This document shows, piece by piece, positions 37,130-45,779 of a stretch of DNA of 64,000 nt. The notes beneath the pieces were generated by a model. It saw only the letters and a list, made by a program, of their open reading frames with translations. It did no database searches and was not told the DNA's origin. Within the stretch, counting starts at the first letter, position 1, and the number at the start of each line of letters is the position of its first letter. The stretch lies in the NCBI GenBank assembly GCA_965207615.1, contig CBDBMZ010000003.1, positions 3,949,855 to 4,013,854 on the forward strand. The letters run 5' to 3'. The translations under genes and the position numbers were made by a program. The stretch comes from Vicinamibacterales bacterium. GTDB taxonomy: Bacteria; Acidobacteriota; Vicinamibacteria; Vicinamibacterales; UBA8438.

Positions 37130-37555
37130 TTGACGAAGGACGAACTGATCGGGAAGCTCAACCAGGACCTCGCCGACGAGCTCGGCGCGATCATCCAGTA
37201 CATCCTCTACGCCGCCCGCGCCACCGGCCCGTACCGGCCTCAGCTCTCCCAGTTCTTCCTCGCCGAGGTCGCCGACGAGCAGTTGCACGCGCAGTTCCTC
37301 GCCAACAAGATCGTCGCCCTCGGGGGCCAGCCGACCACGGTGCCGCGCGACGTGCCGCTGCCCGAGAGCAACCGCGGGATGCTCCAGGCGGTCGTCGAGG
37401 CCGAGGGCCACGCCATGCGCGCCTACACCGAGCGCGCCCAGGAGGCGGAGGCCTACGGCGACAAGGGTCTCGCGGTGCAGATCGAGGACTTCATCCGCGA
37501 CGAGAGCAGCCACCTGGAAGAGACCGAGCGCATCCTCCGCGACTGGCCGCTGTAG
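37130..37555 (+). CDS. Ferritin-like (bacterioferritin-family) protein
   Basis: AAGGAGA RBS, then TTG 37130. Four-helix di-iron-type residues are visible: LADELGAIIQY...ADEQLHAQFL...EAEGHAMRAY...DESSHLEE. Confidence 0.8.
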   Translation: MTKDELIGKLNQDLADELGAIIQYILYAARATGPYRPQLSQFFLAEVADEQLHAQFLANKIVALGGQPTTVPRDVPLPESNRGMLQAVVEAEGHAMRAYTERAQEAEAYGDKGLAVQIEDFIRDESSHLEETERILRDWPL

Positions 37556-37832
37556 GCACGGCCGCTCGCGGACCGTGGCGCCGCCCAGTCGCGCGCCCCG
37601 CCGCGGGCTGATCTCCACGAACCAGAGCTGACCCGCCGATCCCGGTGGCACGACGGGCTCACTGGGAGTTCCGACTCGCGCAACTCCACGCCGACCATCG
37701 TCCGCCGGCCGGCATCGGGCGTCCCGGTTTCCACGTGTGGCACCGCTCGCGCAGACACCACGGCGAGCAGGCGCTGCCCACGAACGGCCGGAACGCCCGG
37801 AACTCCCCGACGACGCGCCCCAAGACGGTCCC

Positions 37833-39452
37833 ATGAGCCTCATCCGACTGCGGCAGGTGTCCAAGCGGCACGGGCGGAAGCAGGTGCTCCGCGATGCCTT
37901 CTACCGCCTCGCCCCCGGCGATCGGACCGGACTGCTCGGGCGCAACGGCTCCGGCAAGACGACGGTGCTGAGACTGATTCTGGGGCGGGAAGAACCGTCG
38001 GGGGGCGAGATCGAGGTGGCCTCCGACCTGCGCATCGGCTACTTCTCGCAGTTCTCGGAGCTGAGCGGCGAGGCGTCGATCGAGTCGGTGCTGCGGGAGG
38101 TGTTCGAGCCGATCCGGCGGATAGAGGCGGACCTGGCGGACATCGCCCGCGCGCTCGCGGAGGGCCCCGCCGGCGATCGCCAGAACCGGCTGCTGAAGCG
38201 GTACGAAGCCCTCACGGCCGAGATGGAGCACCGCGACGGGTGGACGTACGAGCACCGCATCGACACCGCGCTCAGCCGGCTGGGATTCAGCCATCGGCAC
38301 CGGACGATGCCGATCGATCACCTGTCCGGAGGATGGCGAAACCGGGCGGCGCTGGCCAAGATCCTGCTCGAGGCGCCGGACGTCCTGCTGCTGGACGAGC
38401 CCACGAACTTCCTCGACTTCGACGGGCTGGCGTGGCTCGAGAGCTGGCTCGCCCGATTCGCGGGCGCCGCCCTCGTGGTTTCGCACGACCGGCACTTCCT
38501 GGACCGCGCCGTCAACCGGGTCGTCGAGATCCAGAACCACCGCTTTCACGAGTACGACTGCGGGTTCGTCGAGTTCGTGCGCCGCAAGCGGGGGAAGACC
38601 CGTCAGCTCGAGCGGGAGTTCCGGCACGAGGAGGAGCTGCTCGCGTTCGAGGCCGAGGCCATTCAGGACCGGCGCGAGGCGGCCCGGAACCCGGGCCGCG
38701 CCCTCGCCCGCCGGTGCGCGAACATCCGCAAGCAGCAGACGCCGCGCGAGGTCGACACCATCGTGACGGGCATCTACCGGGGAATGCGCACCGCCGACGA
38801 GCTCTGCGAGGTGACGCAGCTCTCGAAGCGCTACGGCGGGCAGACGCTGTTCGACGGCCTCGACTTCACGCTGCACCGGGGAGACCGGCTGGTGGTCGTC
38901 GGACCGAACGGTTGCGGCAAGACGACGCTGCTCCGCGTGCTGCGGAACGAGGTGTCGCCCGACACGGGCCGCGTGCACTGGAAGCTCGGCGACCCCTTCG
39001 TCGACTACAACGCCGTCCTCGACGGCCTCGATCCGAAGGCGACGGTGACCCGGAAGGTCAACTTCGAGGGGCTCGCCCACCGGGCCCCGCGCAAGCAGGT
39101 CCACCGGTTTCTCGAGCTCCTGCAGTTCTCCGAGATGGACCTGCAGCAGGAGATCGGGACCCTGTCGGGCGGCCAGCGGGCGCGCGTCGCCCTGGCCCTG
39201 TCGCTGCTGTCGGGGGCGCCGGTGGTGATTCTCGACGAGCCGACCAACCACCTCGACGTCACCGCCACGCAGGTGATGGAACGGGCCCTCGTGAACTTCC
39301 CGGGGGCGGTCGTCGCGGTGAGCCACGACCGGTTCTTCATCGACAAGGTGGCCACCCGGCTGCTCGTGTTCGAAGGCGCCGGACGCGCGTCGACCGTCAA
39401 CGCGAACTGGACCCTCTGGCAGGCGGGCCGCGAGGCCGGCGCCACGCCCTGA
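37833..39452 (+). CDS. ABC-F family ATPase (two NBDs, no TMD)
   Basis: ATG at 37833. Walker A motifs are GRNGSGKTT and GPNGCGKTT. Signatures are LSGGWRNR and LSGGQRAR, and both halves carry LLLDEPTN/ILDEPTN. Confidence 0.9.
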   Translation: MSLIRLRQVSKRHGRKQVLRDAFYRLAPGDRTGLLGRNGSGKTTVLRLILGREEPSGGEIEVASDLRIGYFSQFSELSGEASIESVLREVFEPIRRIEADLADIARALAEGPAGDRQNRLLKRYEALTAEMEHRDGWTYEHRIDTALSRLGFSHRHRTMPIDHLSGGWRNRAALAKILLEAPDVLLLDEPTNFLDFDGLAWLESWLARFAGAALVVSHDRHFLDRAVNRVVEIQNHRFHEYDCGFVEFVRRKRGKTRQLEREFRHEEELLAFEAEAIQDRREAARNPGRALARRCANIRKQQTPREVDTIVTGIYRGMRTADELCEVTQLSKRYGGQTLFDGLDFTLHRGDRLVVVGPNGCGKTTLLRVLRNEVSPDTGRVHWKLGDPFVDYNAVLDGLDPKATVTRKVNFEGLAHRAPRKQVHRFLELLQFSEMDLQQEIGTLSGGQRARVALALSLLSGAPVVILDEPTNHLDVTATQVMERALVNFPGAVVAVSHDRFFIDKVATRLLVFEGAGRASTVNANWTLWQAGREAGATP

Positions 39453-39626
39453 CCTCGCGGCTCGCGGGAGGCGGTCCGGGCCAATCTCGCCCCGAGCCGC
39501 GGGATCCATGCCCGGACCGGTGCTCGGCAGAGCGCCGGGCACCGGTCGTTGTCCCGCGGTCCGACGCCGCATGTGTCGACTGAGCGCTTCAGCCGACGGC
39601 GGCCGTCGGAGCGCCCGCTCCGAGGC

Positions 39627-40157
39627 TCAGAAGCCCAGCGACACCGAGACGCCCTGGCGTTCCGGCGACAACACGGGGGAAACGGCGAGGCGCCGGTTCG
39701 ACGGCGCCGAGCGATAGACGACTTGCGGTTCTTCGTGCAGGGCGTCCAGTCCGGCGCCGATGCCGGCGCCGGCGGCTCCGAACAGAGAAGAGTAGAAGAA
39801 CACGACTCCGGCGTCGTCAAGCACGCCATGATGAGCGAAGAGGCCCACGATGATGGCCAGGCCGGACCCAAACCCGATCGCCGCGCCGTTCGCGAGCGAG
39901 TCGCGCTCCCGGCGCTGGATGATGGAGACGTCGCCTCGGTTCAGCTCGCGGCGAAGTCCGTCGGTCTCCAGGGCGAGCGTCGACGCGGACAGATCGACGA
40001 TGCGCCCGCGCAGCCTCCGGCCGTCGCTGTCGGTGACGAGGACGGAGTCTCCCTGATTGAGCCGGAGCGCGAGCCGGTCGAACGTGACGCGCTGGGCCTC
40101 GGCGAGCGATGCAGTCACCGCCGACGCCGCCAGAACGAGAGTGATGGTCCGGGTCAT
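39627..40157 (-). CDS. Secreted hypothetical protein with glycine-zipper segment; paralog of 63266-63808
   Basis: GGGAGGGAG RBS, then ATG 40157 and signal MTRTITLVLAASAVTASLAEAQ. It is collinear with the 63266 product, including the C-terminal RLAVSPVLSPERQGVSVSLGF. Confidence 0.6.
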   Translation of the reverse strand: MTRTITLVLAASAVTASLAEAQRVTFDRLALRLNQGDSVLVTDSDGRRLRGRIVDLSASTLALETDGLRRELNRGDVSIIQRRERDSLANGAAIGFGSGLAIIVGLFAHHGVLDDAGVVFFYSSLFGAAGAGIGAGLDALHEEPQVVYRSAPSNRRLAVSPVLSPERQGVSVSLGF

Positions 40158-40282
40158 CCTGGCTCCCTCCCGGGAGCCCGCGGCCGTTCGCCGCGGTTTC
40201 GCCGCGGGCTCCCAGTTGTGGACGCCGACGGGCTCGAGCCGCATGCTCCCGCGCCGCCGACGCCCTGGTGTTCGCCGCATCT

Positions 40283-40433
40283 GACCGGGAATGCGTCGGG
40301 CGGTTCGAAACGGGCTCATCGGGCGGCCGCCGTCGCACGACGCCCGGACCGGGGGGATGCGTCGGGCGGTTCGAAACGGGTTCAACGGGCGGCCGCCGTC
40401 ACACGGCGCCCGACCGGGGGGATGTGGTGGTGA
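40283..40433. repeat. Tandem repeat family A (~64-65 nt x 2.3)
   Basis: The unit GACCGGG(G)GGATGCGTCGGGCGGTTCGAAACGGG.TCA.CGGGCGGCCGCCGTC.CACG.CGCCC starts at 40283 and 40347. A partial third unit starts at 40412. Confidence 0.8.
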
Positions 40434-40604
40434 GGCGCCGTGGCTCGCTCGACGAACACAGGAAACGGTGCAGGCGCCGTGGCAGGCGCCGCATGGCTCG
40501 CTCGACGAACGGAGCAGGTGTTGCAGGCGCCGCATGGCTCGCTCGACGAACGGAGAGGGGCGCAGGCGCCGCGGCTCGCTCGATCAGAGGCCGACCGTGC
40601 GGCA
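40434..40604. repeat. Tandem repeat family B (39-41 nt x 4, plus one 12-nt stub)
   Basis: The unit GGCGCCGCATGGCTCGCTCGACGAACGGAG....GCA starts at 40434, 40485, 40526 and 40565, with a stub at 40473-40484. The array ends 6 nt before the TonB-receptor stop codon. Confidence 0.8.
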
Positions 40605-40610
40605 GCGACT

Positions 40611-43256
40611 TCAGTCGTTCCCCCACCGGTAGTCGAGGCGCGTGTAGTAGAAGCCGCCGTCGAAGCCGAAGGGGGTGGAAGGGGGATAGCGGTTGCCCAG
40701 CCGGCTCGCGTTGGGGTTCGCGTCCGGATAGGTGTCGAGGGCGTTCCGGGCGCCGACGGCCAGCGCGACGGTGTCACGGAGGGGCCAGGCGAACTCGAGG
40801 TCCACGACGGGCTTGCCGCGGTAGCGGTGGGTGTCGCGCCGGTCGTACCACCCGCCGTAGTAGCTCAGGCGGGCGAGCAGGGTGCCGCGGCCGACGGACT
40901 GGTCGACGGCGGCGCTCCAGCGGGTGTCGGGCAGCGCCTCCTCGAGCAGGCGGATCCGGTCCACGACTTGGTCGGGATTGAGCAGGGCCGGATTGAAGCG
41001 GGTGGCGTCGGTGTCGGTGTGGTTGAAGACGACGCTGATCGCGGTCGCCCCGCCGAGGGCGGGCGGGCTCCAGGCGGCGACGACGTCGACGCCCTGCGTG
41101 CGGGTCTCCAGGTCGTTGGTGAAGAAGCGGAAGTTCGACAGGTCGCCGGCGCTGGTGACGCCCTCCGCGATCAGCCCCTCGGCCTCCGCCGCCTCGAGCG
41201 CGAAGAACCGGCTGAGCGTCAGCCGGTCGGCCAGGTCGATGCGGAAGTAGTCGGCGGTCAGCGTGAAGGGGCCGCCCTCGGCCACCGCGCCGACGCTGAG
41301 GTTGACGGAGCGCTCGGGTGTGAGGGGGCGGCCGCCGCGCAGCCGGGCGACGGCGGAGGTCGACGGGATGGTGCCGTTGTTGACGAGGTCGTCGAGCTCG
41401 ATCACGTAGTTGGCCGAGACGTTGAACGCGTTCTGCTGGCCGGGGGTCGGCGCCCGGAACCCGGTGCCGAGGCTGCCGCGCAGCGCGATGCGCTCCGACA
41501 CGGGGACGCGGGCGGAGACCTTGCCGTTCAGGGTGGCGCCGAAGTCGGCGAAGTGCTCGTAGCGGGCGGCAGTCCCCACCAGCCAGTCGCGCGAGGCGCC
41601 ACGGAGCTCGACGTCGCCGTAGACGGCGGCGTTGGCGCGGTTCCAGACGCCGGCCGCGATGGGGCCGAACCCCGGCGTCCCGTTGGAGCCGACGCTGAAG
41701 CCCTGCGCGGCGTAGGGGCCCTGCTGCCACGATTCGGGTTGCCCGACCCCGATCCGGAACTGCTCGTTCCGCCATTCGACGCCGCCGGCGAGGTGGACGC
41801 GGTCGCTCAGGGCGCGGCTCAGGTCGAGGTTGACGCCCACCTCGCGCTGCCCGTACAAGCCTACGTCGAACGTCGTGGGCGTCTCGGGGCCGAGCGACGC
41901 GTTGACGGTGTTGCGGATGGAAAAGTCGGCGGTGTTGGCGCCGGCCGTCACGCTCGCGTCCCAGAGGACGCCGCCGCCGAGCTGCCCGCGCAGGCCGCCG
42001 ACCACCGAGGCGTCCTCGGCGACGCCGCCGAAGCGCGGTGTGAAGCCGCCCGGGAACCGCTCCTGGAACGAGAAGCAGTGCGGGTCGTCGAGGACCGCGC
42101 GAAGGGCCGCCGCATCGGGCACGTCGCCGTCGACCGCCACCGTCGGGCAACCCGCCGGGCCCTCGCCGCGCGCGGCCGGCACGTCGCCGACGAGCAGGGT
42201 GCGGCCGCCGTCGCCGCTGAACACCCCGCCGCGGGTGTTCGGGTTCCGGAAGTAATAGAACGTCAGCACGTCGCGGCGCGCGTACCCGGCGTGGCCGTAG
42301 GCCTGCACGCCGTTGGCGAACAGGTGGCCGACGTTGGCGAAGAGCTTGAGGTCGTCGTCGACTTCGGGCGACCCCCACTGCTGGGCGGGGTCGCCAACGT
42401 GGCGGTTCCCGGCCGCGACGAGGCGCGCCGCGTCGGCCCGCTGCACGCTGCGGTCGGTCGAGGCGGTGTTGCCGTACTCGAGGCTGAGGTTGGCGAAGCC
42501 GGTCCGGCCAAGGGGCAGGCCCGCGTTGGCGGCGACGGCGTACCGCCGGCCGTCGCCGGCGCCGTGCGTCCCGCTGCGCACCTCGACGCTGCCGCCCGAG
42601 CGATCGTCCTTGAGCAGGAAGTTGAGCACGCCGGCGATGGCGTCCGACCCGTACTGGGCCGCCGCCCCGTCGCGCAGCACCTCGATCTGCCGCAGGGCGA
42701 TGCCGGGGATGGTCGAGATGTCGGGCCCCTGCGCGCCGTCGGCCACGCCGTTGCCCAGCCAGGCGATGACCGCCCCGCGGTGGCGACGCTTCCCGTTCAC
42801 GAGCACCAGCGTGTGGTCGGGGGCCATCCCCCGAAGGCTCGCGGGGCGGACGACGGCGGCCAGGTCGCCGTCCTCCTGCGGGTTGACGTGGAAGGACGGC
42901 AGGAGCGCCCGAAGCTGGTCGGCGAGATTCGAGCCGCCCTGGCGCACGACGTCGGCGGCGGGGACGACGTCGATCGGCACCGTCGACTCGGTGACGGATC
43001 GCGGCTGGGCGCGGCTGCCGACGACGACGACCTGCTCGTCGAACTGTGGTGACGGCGGCGACTCCGACTCGTCCCGCTCTGATTCCGCGCCCGGGGGCGC
43101 CGGCCGGGTCCGGTCCGGCTGGTCCTGCCCGGAACGGCCGGCCGTCGGCTCCGGCCCCGTCTGCCGGCTCTGCGCCGGTGCGGGCGCCTCGATGCCCAGC
43201 GCGAGACTCGACAACAGCAGGACCCGGGCCAGTGGCCGGAGGCGTGCGTCCGCCAT
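40611..43256 (-). CDS. TonB-dependent receptor
   Basis: ATG at 43256 with a signal peptide. The plug block is VVVVGSRAQPRSVTESTVPIDVV...IEVLRDGAAAQYGSDAIAGVLNF. A long beta-barrel follows. Confidence 0.9.
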   Translation of the reverse strand: MADARLRPLARVLLLSSLALGIEAPAPAQSRQTGPEPTAGRSGQDQPDRTRPAPPGAESERDESESPPSPQFDEQVVVVGSRAQPRSVTESTVPIDVVPAADVVRQGGSNLADQLRALLPSFHVNPQEDGDLAAVVRPASLRGMAPDHTLVLVNGKRRHRGAVIAWLGNGVADGAQGPDISTIPGIALRQIEVLRDGAAAQYGSDAIAGVLNFLLKDDRSGGSVEVRSGTHGAGDGRRYAVAANAGLPLGRTGFANLSLEYGNTASTDRSVQRADAARLVAAGNRHVGDPAQQWGSPEVDDDLKLFANVGHLFANGVQAYGHAGYARRDVLTFYYFRNPNTRGGVFSGDGGRTLLVGDVPAARGEGPAGCPTVAVDGDVPDAAALRAVLDDPHCFSFQERFPGGFTPRFGGVAEDASVVGGLRGQLGGGVLWDASVTAGANTADFSIRNTVNASLGPETPTTFDVGLYGQREVGVNLDLSRALSDRVHLAGGVEWRNEQFRIGVGQPESWQQGPYAAQGFSVGSNGTPGFGPIAAGVWNRANAAVYGDVELRGASRDWLVGTAARYEHFADFGATLNGKVSARVPVSERIALRGSLGTGFRAPTPGQQNAFNVSANYVIELDDLVNNGTIPSTSAVARLRGGRPLTPERSVNLSVGAVAEGGPFTLTADYFRIDLADRLTLSRFFALEAAEAEGLIAEGVTSAGDLSNFRFFTNDLETRTQGVDVVAAWSPPALGGATAISVVFNHTDTDATRFNPALLNPDQVVDRIRLLEEALPDTRWSAAVDQSVGRGTLLARLSYYGGWYDRRDTHRYRGKPVVDLEFAWPLRDTVALAVGARNALDTYPDANPNASRLGNRYPPSTPFGFDGGFYYTRLDYRWGND

Positions 43257-43491
43257 CGATCGGTCCTCTACTCCAACCCTGTCGCGACGACGCGACAGCC
43301 TGTCGCACGTCGGTCCGGGTACAACGGCCGATGGTTCAAGGACCGGCTCGACCGCAAAGTCGCAATAGCCTATCGCACGTCGGCCCGGCTGGACGATCGG
43401 CTCACGGCCCGCTACCGCCGGCCCTTCCCGACCGGGCGCACATGGGCCTCGTGAGAGTCGACCGGGTCGCCCGTGCCGCGCTCCGCAACCG

Positions 43492-44280
43492 TCACAGCCG
43501 CCACATCAACCAGAGCTGCGCCACGTTGTCGCCGTCGTCCACGCCGAGCTTGTTCCGCCAGTACTGGTACTCCACCCCGAGGAAGAGCTGGCCGGCGTGG
43601 CCGGTCATCGCCTTGCCGACGTCCCAGCCGAGCTGCGGCTGCGCGAGGAGAGAAGCCCTGACGCGGTGGCCGAGCTCGTTGGTCCTGCCGCCTTCGTACT
43701 TCGCGTGCCCGGCGAACAGGAACGACTGGGCGCCGACGTCGAACGCGGCGCCCCAGTTGACGTCCATGACGAAGCCCACCCCGGCGCGCGGGGCCCCGCC
43801 GCCCTCGACCCCCGTGCTCTTGTCGAAGGCGGCGCCGAGGTCGGTGTTGAGGAAGAAGAAGCCCGGCACGTCCCACGAGAGCCGCCCCCCGGGCACGACC
43901 TTGAAGATGCCGGCCTCGTTACCGAAGTTGAGCCCGCCGATGAGGGCCACGTCCCGGAGGGGCCCCGCGCCGATCCGGCGGTTCGCGACCCGGCCCAGGC
44001 TCAGGGTCGGGTACCACTCGCCGTACATGCCCTTCTCGTTGAACCCGTCCGCACCGCCGTCGTCGGTCCAGTCCAGGAAGAAGAAGCTGTCGCCGAGCGA
44101 CCAGCGCGACGCCTGCTGGAAGGTGAGCACCCGCGCGTAGTGCCGCTCGCCCGAGAACGGGTTGACGTAGTTCCCGTACTGGAAGTGGAACTCGGTCTGG
44201 GCCGCAGCGCCGGCCGGCGCCGCGAACAGTAGCACTGCAGCGGTCGCCCAGCGGCGCGCACCGGTGCGAACGAGGTCCAT
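43492..44280 (-). CDS. Outer-membrane beta-barrel channel, Tsx/OmpK-like
   Basis: ATG at 44280 with a signal peptide. Alternating aromatic beta-strand pattern is visible (FHFQYGNY..., FFFLDW, YGEWYPTLSLG, ...AQLWLMWRL). The family call is by resemblance only. Confidence 0.55.
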   Translation of the reverse strand: MDLVRTGARRWATAAVLLFAAPAGAAAQTEFHFQYGNYVNPFSGERHYARVLTFQQASRWSLGDSFFFLDWTDDGGADGFNEKGMYGEWYPTLSLGRVANRRIGAGPLRDVALIGGLNFGNEAGIFKVVPGGRLSWDVPGFFFLNTDLGAAFDKSTGVEGGGAPRAGVGFVMDVNWGAAFDVGAQSFLFAGHAKYEGGRTNELGHRVRASLLAQPQLGWDVGKAMTGHAGQLFLGVEYQYWRNKLGVDDGDNVAQLWLMWRL

Positions 44281-44681
44281 CGAGCGCGAATGATACCAGC
44301 GCGGGCGGGCAACGACGCGGGCGGGCAGCGACGGCAAGGCGTGAAGAAGCGAGGTTCGGCTCTGCAGGCCTTCCGGTGGACGACGGTCAGGAGAGCGGTC
44401 GTGCGGGTCGGAGCCGCCCACTCGCCGCAGTCGACAGCGACCAGACTACGCGGTAGACGGCTGGCCGGACTTCCTCCAGCCGAACCAGCTCGGGTGTGCC
44501 GCCTAGGAGCACGCCGCACCGCTCGGCATCGGCGCGATCCACGTACAGGTGACACAGGTCGCCACGGGTCAGGAGTTCGCCAATCCGGCGTTCCGTCGAG
44601 GAGATGGCCCACATCACGGTCGGCGATTCTGCTCCAACTGGTGCGGCTCCCGATCCGGACGGTCACGGGCCCGGCCAGAAA

Positions 44682-45683
44682 CTAGCGTGGGAATCGGGCG
44701 ATCCCGTAGCTGCCCCTGATCCCGCCGATCCAGATCTCGCCATTCGCCTCGATGGCCACGGTGCCGATCTGGAAGAACTCGTTTCCCTTGTAGTCCACCA
44801 ACTGCTCGACTTCAAACGTCGTCGGATCGACCTCGGCCACGCGAGCCGCCGACAGCTCACAAGGATCATCGTCTTCACACCGGGTCACGTGGCCGGCGGC
44901 GATGACTTTGCCAGCGGGCCCCCAGCGCACGTTGTCGACGTTGAAGCCCACCGGAATCCGGTCGACGCGCACCGGGGTCTGTCCGCGCGACACCCGCACC
45001 AGCGCCCGGTCGCTCCAGCCCCCGACGTAGAACCACTGCCCGTCCTCCGAGGACACGAGACCGTTTGGACCCGGCATCCGGCTGCCGGGCACCTCGACCC
45101 AGTCCGTCGTGGGATGCCATTCCCAGAGCTCCCCGCCTTCGCGGTCGAAGTTCGTCGCGCCAAGATAGCCGTCCGGCAGCGCCGTGATGGAGTTGATGCG
45201 GGCGGTGCCCTCCGGGGCCGGGATGCAACCGATCCACTTCATCGTGGGCACGGTGCCGCCGACGTCCAGCGCAAAGACCTCAATGGCCTCGCGCGCGCCA
45301 TGACCGACGACGTAGAGGGTATGCACATCGCCGCCGCCCTCCCGCAGGGTCAGTCCGTGTGGCTGGAACACGTCGTTGGGACCGGGGCAGGCGCTGTAGG
45401 TGTCGCGGTCGTGCTCCGGCGGCAACGCTCCCGCGGGAAAGATCTCCCGGGCGCTGTGATCACTAAGGCTCACCGCGTAGACGGGACCTTCCGAATCGGA
45501 GTACCGTCCCGATGCGATTACCCAGGGGGAGCCCGGTACCGCGTAGAGATCTTCCGGATTGGTCGTGCCGCAGACGAAGTTCACATCTCCGGCGGGTTCG
45601 CAGGTCGGGGCGGTCTGGGCACCGAGAGGGTGCCCGCTGACGAGACCCAACACCGACACGAGGAACACGAGCACTCGCAACAT
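44682..45683 (-). CDS. Secreted six-bladed beta-propeller protein (SMP-30/gluconolactonase/paraoxonase-like)
   Basis: A signal peptide MLRVLVFLVSVLGLVSG is present. The propeller-type repeats include PHGLTL, GPNGLVSSEDGQWFYV and a C-terminal EIWIGG block. Confidence 0.7.
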   Translation of the reverse strand: MLRVLVFLVSVLGLVSGHPLGAQTAPTCEPAGDVNFVCGTTNPEDLYAVPGSPWVIASGRYSDSEGPVYAVSLSDHSAREIFPAGALPPEHDRDTYSACPGPNDVFQPHGLTLREGGGDVHTLYVVGHGAREAIEVFALDVGGTVPTMKWIGCIPAPEGTARINSITALPDGYLGATNFDREGGELWEWHPTTDWVEVPGSRMPGPNGLVSSEDGQWFYVGGWSDRALVRVSRGQTPVRVDRIPVGFNVDNVRWGPAGKVIAAGHVTRCEDDDPCELSAARVAEVDPTTFEVEQLVDYKGNEFFQIGTVAIEANGEIWIGGIRGSYGIARFPR

Positions 45684-45779
45684 GGCGCACCTCCATACTT
45701 CGCGCCGTGAAGTATACCAGCGCTGGCCAGGCCCTCGCCCGTCGGCCCGGGCCCCTGTCCGGGCCCTCGGCGAGACCGG

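Noticed and set aside
40283-40604. Possible CRISPR array, because of the regular ~40- and ~65-nt repeats.
   Set aside because: The units are contiguous with no unique spacers, two different unit types abut each other, and no cas genes are present.
40291-40632. Repeated peptides (MRRAVRNG..GRPPSH.. x2, MARSTNG.. x3) encoded across the tandem repeats.
   Set aside because: The periodicity is a by-product of the DNA repeats. There is no RBS, and every frame is equally repetitive.
44387-44617. A 76-aa minus-strand ORF in the gap between the beta-propeller and Tsx-like genes.
   Set aside because: No RBS, signal or recognisable motif is present. It could be a gene remnant, but I cannot support any call.
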